Below are positions 1-8,917 of a stretch of 64,000 bases of DNA, in pieces (the stretch's first letter is position 1; each line of letters begins with the position of its first letter). The notes below the pieces were generated by a model. That model worked only from the letters and a program-made list of their open reading frames with translations. It did not search any database and had not been told where the DNA came from. The translations under genes were made by a program, and so were the position numbers. The stretch is taken from assembly GCF_009914755.1 (NCBI RefSeq), contig NC_060932.1, one strand, 5' to 3'. This stretch comes from the human T2T-CHM13v2.0 reference genome, Homo sapiens.

Positions 1-2632
1 CACAGCCGAATTCTACCAGAAGTACAAGGAGGAGCTGGTACCATTCCTTCGGAAACTATTCCAATCAACAGAAAAAGAGGGAATCCTCCCTATCTCATTT
101 TATGAGGCCAGCATCATCCTGATCCCAAAGGCTGAGAGAGACACAACCAACAAAGAGAATTTTCGGCCCATATCCCTGAGGAACACCGATGGAAAAATCC
201 TCCATAAAATGCTGGCAAACCGAATCCAGCAGCACATCAAAGAGCTTATCCATTATGATCAAGTGGGCTTCATCCCTGACATGCAAGGCTGGTCCAACAT
301 ATGCAAATCAATAAACATAATCCAGCATATAATCGGAACCAAAGACAGAAACCACGTGATTATCTCAACAGATGCAGAAAAGGCCTTTGACAAAATTCAA
401 CAGCCTTTCATGCCAAAAACTCTCAATAAATTAGGTACTGATGGGACATACCTCAAAATAATAAGGGCTATTTAGGGCAAACCCACAGCCAATATCATAC
501 TGAATGGGCAAAAAGTGGAAGCATTCCCTTTGCAAACTGCCACAAGACAGGGGTGCCCTCTCTCACCACTCCTATTCAACATAGTGTTGGAACTTCTGGC
601 CAGGGCAATCAGGCAGGAGAAAGAAATAAAGAGTAATCAATTAGGAAAAGAGGAAGTCAAATTGTCCCTGTTTGTAGATGACATGATTGAATATTTAGAA
701 AACCCCATCGTCTCAGCCCAAAATCTCCTTAAGCTGATAAGCAACTTCAGCAAAGTCTCAGGATACAAAATCGATGTGCAAAACACACAAGCATTCTCAT
801 ACACCAATAACAGGCAAACAGAGAGCCAAATCATGACTGAGCTCCCATTCACAATTGCTTCAAAGAGAATAAAATTCTGAGGAATCCAACTAACAAGGGA
901 TGCGATGTGCGAAGGACCTCTTCAAGGAGAACTACAAACCACTGCTCCACGAAATAAAAGAGGACACAAACCAATGGAAGAATATTCCATGCTCACGGTT
1001 AGGAAGAATCAGTATCGTGAAAATGGCCATACTGCCCAAGGTATATTATAGATCCAATGCCATCCCCATCAAGCTACCAAGGACTTTCTTCACAGAATTG
1101 GAAAAAACTACTTGAAAGTTTACATGGAACCACAAAAGGGCCCCCACTGCCAAGATAATCCTAAGCCAAAAGAACAAAGGTGGAGGCATCAAGCTACCCG
1201 ACTTCAAACTACACTACAAGCCTACAGTAACCAAACAGCATGCTGTTGGTTGCCTTTTTGGTTACTGTAGACCAATGGAACAGAATAGAGCCCTCAGAAA
1301 TAATACGACACGTCTACAACCGTCGGATCTTTGACAAACCTGACAAAAACAAGAAATGGGGAAAGGATTCCCTATTTAATAAATGGTGCTGGGAAAACTG
1401 GCTAGCCATATGTCCGAAGGTGAAATTGGATCCCTTCCTTACACCTTATGCAAAAGTTTATTCAAGACGGATGAAAGACTTAAATGTTACATCTTAAGCC
1501 ATACAAACCCTAGGAGAAAACCTAGGCAATACCATTCAGGACATAGGCATGGGCAAGGACCTCATGTCTAAAACGCCAAAAGCAAAGGCAACAAAAGCCA
1601 ATATTGACAAACGGCATCTAATTACACTAAAGAGTTTCTGCACAGCTAAAGAAACTCCCATCAGAGTGAACAGGCATGCTACAGAAAGGGAGAAAATTTT
1701 TGCAATCTACTCATCTGACAAAGGGCTAATATCCAGAATCTACTAAGAACTCAAACAGAGTTACAAGAAAAACCAAACAACCCCATCAACAAGTGCGGGA
1801 AGGATATGAAGAGACACTTCTAAAAAGAAGACATTTATGCAGCCAACAGACACATGAAAAAATGCTCATCAACACTGGTCATCAGAGAAATGCAAATCAA
1901 ATCCGCAAAGAGATATCGTCTCACACCAGTTAGAATAGCGATCAATAAAAAAGTCAGGAAACAACAGGTGCTGGAGAGGTAGTGGAGAAATAGGGACACT
2001 TTTACACTGCTGGTGGGACTGTAAACCAGTTCAGCGGTTGTGGAAGATAGTGTGGCGAATCCTCAAGGATCTAGAATTAGAAATACCATTTGACCCAGCC
2101 GTCCCATTACTGGGTATACACCCATAGGACTATAAATCATGCTGCTAAAAGGACACACGCAGACGTATGTTTATTGCGGCACCGTTCACAGTAGCAAAGA
2201 CTTGGAACCAGCCCAGATGTCCATCAATGATAGACTGGATTAAGGAAACGTGGCACAAATACACCGTGGAATACTATGCAGCCATAAAAAAGCATGTGTT
2301 CATGCCCTTCGGAGGGACACGGATGAAGCTGGAAACCATCATTCTTAGCAAACTATCGCAAGGACAAAAAAACCAAACACCGCGTGATCCCACTCATAGG
2401 TGGGAATTGAACTAGGAGAACACTTGGACGCAGAAAGGGGAACATCACACACCGGGGCCTGTCATGGGCGGGGGGAGGGGGAGGGATAACATTAAGAGAT
2501 ATACCTAATGTAAATGACTAGTGAATGGGTGCAGCACACCAACATGGCACGTGCTTACATACGTAATAAACCTGCACGTTGTGCACATGTACCCTAGTAA
2601 TTAAAGTATAATTTTAAAAAAAATGGAAAACG
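1..2632 (+). mobile_element. L1PA LINE-1, 3' part (ORF2 RT/C-terminal remnant, 3'UTR, A-rich tail); cut by the window start
   Basis: ORF2 peptides ([32 protein letters not shown]) broken by stops and frameshifts. G-rich 3'UTR, AATAAA, tail, then TSD AAAGTGTGATC at 2633-2643. Confidence 0.97.
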
Positions 2633-2864
2633 AAAGTGTGATCCTAATGTCATGGTGCGGACTGAATGAAGCAGCACATGGCAAGCCTTAAAACGATCGC
2701 ACATAGTAGGTGTTCAATTAATGTTAACTATATTTCTTTTCTATAATAGTTTATAAAGGGAATTCATGAACACTATGTGATTAATCCTTGGAACAACCCA
2801 ACAGGTAGGTAAATAAAGCCTAATTTTATACCTAAAGAAACCATGCGGCTTAACTTGCCCAAAA

Positions 2865-3085
2865 TAATAATGATTGTAATGAGCACTGGCTGTTGGTTTC
2901 TTATGTACTCGGTACTTTGCACGTATTAACCCAGTCAGTCCTCCTAATAGTTGTGAGAGAGATAGCATTCTTATCCCCATTTTACAGATGAGGAACCTGA
3001 AGCCCAGGTGATAAGTAGTTTATCCAAGGTATCATAGCTAGAAGTCGGGTGCAGGCAGTCTGGCTCCAGAGCCCCTGCTCTGTCC
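2865..3085 (-). mobile_element. MIR SINE, antisense (every unit, +12,190n)
   Basis: Core ccccattttacagatgaggaacctga and tctggctccagagccc. Confidence 0.85.
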
Positions 3086-3300
3086 GCTGACCTAGCTGAC
3101 TTCCCAAGAGTCAAAGTGGATTCTTCCCCAAGACCAACCAATTACAATGACTGAATCAGTCAGTCAACTTCGAACTGGGCTCCAAGAGAGTATGAACCAT
3201 CATGCCTCTCTAAATCCTCATTTCTAGTTTGAATCTTCAAGGAGAGATAGACACTAAGTAGCTAGTTTTGCTGGAATGGCTGATTTTATCAATGTTTTCG

Positions 3301-3422
3301 GTGTGTGAGTGTGTGTGTGTGTATATGTATAGAACTAAATTAAACTGATAATTTGAATGCTTACACTTCCATTAGTTCAATTTGTGTATGTGAGCCCTCA
3401 CACACATACATACACACACACA
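3301..3422. repeat. Short (GT)n and (CA)n microsatellites in inverted arrangement (every unit)
   Basis: gtgtgtgagtgtgtgtgtgtgta at 3301; cacacacatacatacacacacaca ending at 3422. Confidence 0.85.
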
Positions 3423-3599
3423 AACTGTTCCAGAACAGTGACTTAGTGAAAAACTGGATTTCCACTCTGTCAGACAAATTTCGGAAAGCACTGAAGTAGG
3501 GCATTTCTGATTGATTTTACCGTTCCCGGAATTTTATTTTCCTTTATCACTTAGACCCCTTCTGTGGGGATTTAATAAATAAACGTCTTTTGTAGTGTA

Positions 3600-4465
3600 T
3601 GTTATTTCATTTTATTTTTATAATTTATATGAATTTTAATTTTAACTTGACAAATAAAAATTATATATATTTATGGCATACAACATGATGTTTCATACGT
3701 GTATACATTGTGGAATGACAAAATCAAGCTAATTAACACACTCGTTTCCTCACATACTGATTTTAATGTGATGAGGACATGTCTAAAATCTACTCTTATA
3801 GCAATTTTCAAGTATACAATACATACTTATACACTGTAGATGCCAGGCTGTTCAATAGATCTCTAGAACCATTCCTCTCTGAAATTTTGTATCATGAGAC
3901 TATCATCTCTCCAGTCCCTCCCTGACCCCTGCCTCGGGTAACCACCGTTCTGCTCTCTACAGCTATGAGTTGCATTGTTTGAGATTGCACATATAAGTGA
4001 GATCATGCAGTATTTGTCTTTTTGTGCTTGCTTTTTAAATCTTTATTATGTAATTATTTATTTTTTGAGACAGGGTCTCAGTCTGTCACCCAGGCTGGAG
4101 TACAGTGACACAAACACGGCTCACTCACCACGGCCTCCACCTCCCGGGGTCGAGAGTTCCTCCCGCTTCAGCCTCCTGAATAGCTAGGACTACAGGCGTC
4201 CAACGCCACACTTGGCTAATTTTTGTGTTTCTTTTAGAGATGGGGTTTCACCATGTTGCCCAGGTTCATCTCCAACTCCTGGGCTCAACGCTTCCACCTG
4301 CCTTGGCCTCCCAAAGTACTGGGATTACAGGCATGAGCCACCGTGCCTGGCCTTTGCTTTCTTTCACTCAGTGTACCATCCTCTAGGCTCATTCGTGTTG
4401 CCAATGAGATGATTTCTTTCTTTTTTAAGGCTGAATTGTGTTCTATTGGGTATATGTACCGCTTT
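3600..4465 (-). mobile_element. Old L1M (L1MA-like) 3' end, antisense, interrupted by an Alu (every unit)
   Basis: tttatggcatacaacatgatg..tacattgtggaat, ataagtgagatcatgcagtatttgtcttt and ttctttttttaaggctgaat are typical antisense L1MA 3' segments. Confidence 0.8.
4035..4352 (-). mobile_element. Alu (AluJ-like), near full length, antisense (every unit)
   Basis: T-rich tail + gagacagggtctc...ctcctgggctcaa...gggattacaggcatgagccaccgtgcctggcc. Short flanking direct repeat ttgcttt. Confidence 0.92.
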
Positions 4466-4693
4466 TCTTTTTATGTTTAATTTTTTTTGGTTTTTTGAGA
4501 CAGAGTTTCGCTCGCGTCGCCCAGGCTGGAGTGCAGTGGCGTGATTTCGAGTCACTACAACCTCTGCCTCCCAGGTTGAAGTGATTCTCCTGCCTCACCT
4601 GAGATTAGAGGCATGTACCGGCATGTCCGGCTAATTTTGTGTTTCTAGTAGAGATGGGGTTTCACCATGTTGGCCAGGCTGGTCTTGAACTCC
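4465..4693 (-). mobile_element. Alu (AluS-like), 5'-truncated with a small internal deletion, antisense (every unit)
   Basis: tttttgagacagagtttcgctc..ccaggctggagtgcagtggc..tggccaggctggtcttgaactcc. Confidence 0.92.
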
Positions 4694-4749
4694 AACAATT
4701 CTAATTCAACTAATTTATTTTATAGAAATATTTATGTGTGAGAAACAAT

Positions 4750-4960
4750 ATTTCCAAGAGTCAAAGATTTAAAACTGCTTAATTGTACATCACTAAGTGG
4801 CTGGCTAATAAATTATAGTACGTTCATCCTTACGGAAGAATACTTTGCAGCTAAAACAGAACGAAAGAGAGGAAACTCTTCAAAATGTTAACTGGGAATG
4901 ACGTTCAAGACTTATTGTTAAATAAAACAAATTGAGAAGAAGAGTCGTTTATTGGTACTA
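4750..4960 (+). mobile_element. Possible ancient L1M (MC/ME-like) fragment
   Basis: ggctaataaattatagtacgttcatccttacggaagaatactttgcagctaaaacagaacga resembles the L1 ORF2 end. Confidence 0.45.
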
Positions 4961-7072
4961 AATTTGTGTCAGTAAAAATGGATTCTATACGTGGGATGGT
5001 TTATAAGTATGTGGAAAAATTCTTTGATGGTTTTTCCTTGAAAAAGTGAAACCTAAATCCACTCCGTTTGGATGTGGGCCTATTTACGGTTGTTGCTTCC
5101 TAAACATAAACTACGTTTAGGCTGATATTTCAGACAATGAAACCTTTGAGTGCCCGTAGCGGGAAGATCTCGGTTGCTGAGTGCAGGGAAGGAGGATGTA
5201 ATTCCATCATATATACTCTCTGTGCCTATCGCATTTGGAACCATGCGAGTGATACCTATTTATAAAATAAAATAAACCAAGCAAAAGTACGAACTTAGCA
5301 ACACTACATTGAGTTAATAGAACGGTATCTTGTATTTCTTCTGTCCAGGTATACTTATAAATGCCTGCAGGGATTTCACCACCTCAGGGTGGAGAGACTG
5401 AATGCTTGTGAGGGAATTAGGATGGTGGAATATTGGTGTTACCAGGGAAGGGGGCGGGATGTTTGAAAATGCTATGTTTACTCGTTCTTGGGTTCCAATA
5501 AAGGAGAAACAGGGCACAGGAGTCGGAAGGACTAGTGGCAATAGTGATGAAAGGACCTCCTTATCATGCTGGCAATGTTAATTACCCAGGTGTAGGAAGC
5601 CATACACTGAGGCGGAAGATCGCAAGTCAGAGTGGCCGGCAGGCACAACCTCCTGGCACACCAGAGGCAGGTCTTCAATACCCACTGGTTTCCCCAACAG
5701 GCTGCGTAAGGGACCCTGAGCCACAGTGAGTTGGTCAAATGCTCCTGACAGTGTGGAGAAACCAACAGGCAAAACGTGGGTGCAAAAGTGATGAGACCCC
5801 ACACTTTACACTCGTGGTGACAATGAAGCTATTAAGTAACAGCTTCTCAACCTATGCTGTTTCCTGTTGGATGCACATAATCCATTTGCACTGCAGACAA
5901 TTTTAGGATGTGGTTTACAGTAAGGTGGATGGTACCTTATGGCAAAAATCTCTCAGAAATTTATGTGTGGTTTTAAAGTCATTCCAGTCCTAGCACGTTG
6001 CGCTTTTCAGAGACGCCATAGCTGTTTTTCCCTTTGTAATATCAAAGCAGTAATATCTTCTCTGGAGGCCTGTTGGGTGAATTTAATGGAATCAAGTTAA
6101 GTAGGTGCCAGAACCATTGCTGTTTTCCCTCCATAGCCCTGCCACCCACTGTAAAAAGGTTGATGAGATTACTTAATGATTTCCAATTAAGTTGTATTTC
6201 CAAATATCATGATTTCCATTTTAATGTAGTTGGTATGGAGCTCTGTGAGTGTGTGCTTCTTTTATTATGGATCACGTTCAGCTTCTTTTTATTTGCCTCC
6301 TAGTCATAATAGTAAAACTCTACTCCTCTACTCCGAGGAGTCCCTACCACCCATCTCATCACTTTCCAGCCCAGCACTCTTCATGCTCATTCCTTTAAAG
6401 CATTCAACATTGTGTAAATGAATCTTGGAAGGCAAAAGCTACTGAATTTAGCGAATTTGTGGAGGCATTGCCACAAATCAGCCAGGTGAAGTTTCACACA
6501 ATCGAAGACTGCACAACTCCTAGAAGGCAGCACTATGCTGCAAACCCAGACGGCCACTCTTCTCACCCCTCGTCCGTTTGCTGTTCTGGATAATGAGGTT
6601 CAAAAGTCACCTAGGCAACTGCCAAAATAGCTGAAATGGAGAAAGGGCTTCAGGCTGGTGACTAGCAGAGGTCCACCTGACCCCCGTAAGCTGCTGAACA
6701 AGTAGGGCTGCCGGAAATGTCCCACTAGGGAATTTGGTAGAGACGAAGACATGCTCACCGGACAAGGGTTCCTCCCAGGATACGCCCGAGCGGAAGAAGC
6801 GGGCTCTGAGCCACGCCCTTTCACCCTCCTCTACCCCGCCCTGGGCTGGTGAAGGTGCGCGCCAGGATGTGGACTACTGAGCCCTGAAGAAATAAGTCCT
6901 TCCACTTTGACCCCATGGAGGATTGCCTGTGAGGAACTTAAACGAGTCTACCAGTGTCTAGACACGGGGGCAGGTCTGTCCGGCACAGCAGCTCCCTCAA
7001 GGAGGAGAAGAGTGAGGAGAAAGGAAACTCAAGTCTCACCATTCTGTCCTGGGAGAGAAGAGGAGGATCTCA

Positions 7073-7138
7073 TCTCTCATCTGTCCAAACAAGGCAAGGA
7101 GACTTTCTCTCATCTTTCCAAGCAAGGCAAGGAGACTT
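7073..7138. repeat. 33-bp tandem duplication (every unit)
   Basis: tctctcatctgtccaaacaaggcaaggagactt followed by tctctcatctttccaagcaaggcaaggagactt. Confidence 0.9.
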
Positions 7139-8020
7139 TTTATCATTAGGAAACAAAAAGAATTTAGAAGGAATGAAAGCAGCCCGTAAGGTGAATTCCT
7201 AAGGACTGCCCATTGAAACTGACAAAATTGCCCTTGTTTGATGAGAGGAATGAGCAGAGCATTGATGTGGTGAACAAGGATCTAGTGAGACTTTCCCAGC
7301 ATGTTTCTACCAAAGCTTTATCTAAGCTTCTCAGAACACTCTCCTAATAAGCAGATGTTTGGCCTTTCAGAAAGTCAACAAGCAAAATGCCTTGAGTGTC
7401 CCAAAACACTGATGTTATGATGTGGGCTCCTGACTGGCCTCCTTTTCCTTTGACTGGACCACTGCCACCTCTTGGTAGCCATCGCTTTCATGATGCTTTG
7501 CCATGGAGATCATATTGGTGAAGCCATGTTCCAACTTCCGCTTACAATTTGTCAGAGGGATGCGTCAGGATCGTGATCCCTCCTGTTTAAAATTTCCACT
7601 GATAGCTCTCGTCGTAACTGCAGCTGATCTGGGCACAGTGGTTTTCACAGCCACTGCAGGATTCATCTTCCACATCTTCTCACCTCTTCTTGAAACAAGC
7701 TATACATTCGTAAAGAGTTCATTTCTTCGGGGTAGTGTCCTTACAAGCTTTTCTTAAAACGTCAATGATTTCTTCAATCTTCCACCCAAGCTTCACCATA
7801 AATTTGATGTTTCCTCTTGCTGCAATTTTCGTGGAATTCATGTTGCTCTGATGGGAGTCCTTTTCAGTGGATGTCTCATCCTTCTTAGTGCCTCAAACTA
7901 GATCTAGTTCAGAAAGGTTATCAGAAGTTAGGACAAGTTTATTTTAGTGCAAACCAGTGGAAATCCATGCATAGTTTCTTCACCATGTGCATTTTCTATG
8001 AACCTTTGTAAGACCACCTG
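7135..8020 (-). mobile_element. HSMAR2 mariner DNA transposon, degenerate (5' ITR present, internal deletion, 3'-truncated)
   Basis: The minus strand reads ITR-like caggtggtcttacaaaggttcatagaaaatgca, then ctagtttgaggcactaagaaggat, then a transposase start MNSTKIAARGNIKFMVKLGW and later ggcattttgcttgttgactttctg and ctcattcctctcatcaaacaagggcaatttt. These match the recalled HSMAR2 consensus. Confidence 0.88.
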
Positions 8021-8225
8021 TGTTGAACATTGCCCAAGTCCTGGGAGAGAAGTGGGTGCGGTCCGCTTCCTGTCCTCAATTTGCCCGCAGCGGCGGAGTG
8101 CACAGAGCAGGGAAAGGCAGCCCCAGAGGGATCCCGCCCTCCAGCATGCAGCAGACTGCTGGCCCAGTCCTGGCTCCAAGGGGTGCTGTGTGGGCCCAAG
8201 CAAGTTGACCAACCTCCCTGAACCT

Positions 8226-8500
8226 TAATTTAATCCTAGGTAGCCCAATTCCAGTAGCCATTATAGGACTGCCCTGCAGGGACAGTTACTTAACTCAGGA
8301 AAAGCAACCTAGCTCCAAGTTTAGCAACCGGGAGTTCCAGTTGATTCCATTAGCGCACCCCCTGAGGCATTCCCAAGCTGGAGTCTGGTGGAAGATGAGG
8401 CTCAGTGTGATTGGACTGAAGCACCAACCTATCAAGGAGAAGTCCCACCCAGTCTGCCCTGTGCCTATATAAAGGCGACAAGTGGCGGCCGCAGCACTCA
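8226..8500 (+). promoter_or_regulatory. Putative Pol II promoter of the REXO1L gene (every unit)
   Basis: TATATAAAGG at 8466-8475, inverted CCAAT (ATTGG) at 8410-8414, Inr-like CTCATT at ~8497, DUX4-type TGATTCCATTA at 8342-8352, TAATTTAATCC at 8226-8236. Confidence 0.7.
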
Positions 8501-8503
8501 TTG

Positions 8504-8917
8504 AAGCCGCCAGTTGGGAGAGGAGCAGAGCCAGGCCGGTGCTCCCGAAGGCAGCAAGATGTTGCGAGCCACAGCTCCCTGCTGGTTCCCCCCTGGATAC
8601 CCAGAAGCTAAGAAGGTGGCCGAGGAGGCGGCCCTGGAGGCAAGCCGCCATTTGGGAGGGGAGCAGAGCCAGGCCGGTGCTCCCGAAGGCAGCAAGATGT
8701 TGCGAGCCACAGCTCCCTGCTGGTTCCGCCCTGGATACCCAGAAGCTAAGAAGCTGGCCAAGGAGGCGGCCCCGGAGGCAAGCCGCCATTTGGGAGCGGA
8801 GCAGAGCCCGGCCGGTGCTCCCGAAGGCAGCAAGATGTTGCGAGCCACAGCTCCCTGCTGGTTCCCACCTGGATACCCAGAAGCTAAGAAGGTGGCCGAG
8901 GAGGCGGCCCTCGAGGC
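8504..8917 (+). repeat. 3 x 138-bp (46-codon) tandem repeat spanning the 5' leader and N-terminus (every unit)
   Basis: aagccgcca at 8504, 8642 and 8780; peptide [10 protein letters not shown](P/R)PGYPEAKK three times. Confidence 0.97.

Noticed and set aside
2466-2486. G-quadruplex-like G-run
   Set aside because: Standard feature of the L1PA 3'UTR.
3975-4555. Short ORFs of 63-70 aa
   Set aside because: Translations of antisense Alu/L1 sequence.
6515-6735. Possible CTCF sites (cctagaaggcagca, ccactagggaat)
   Set aside because: Only partial matches to the core motif; cannot be supported without a PWM scan.
8514-8558. 690-aa ORF starting at 8514
   Set aside because: It starts at TTG, a start not expected in a eukaryote; the first ATG is 8559 (675 aa).
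8504-8917. CRISPR-like array
   Set aside because: Contiguous coding tandem repeats without unique spacers, in primate DNA.
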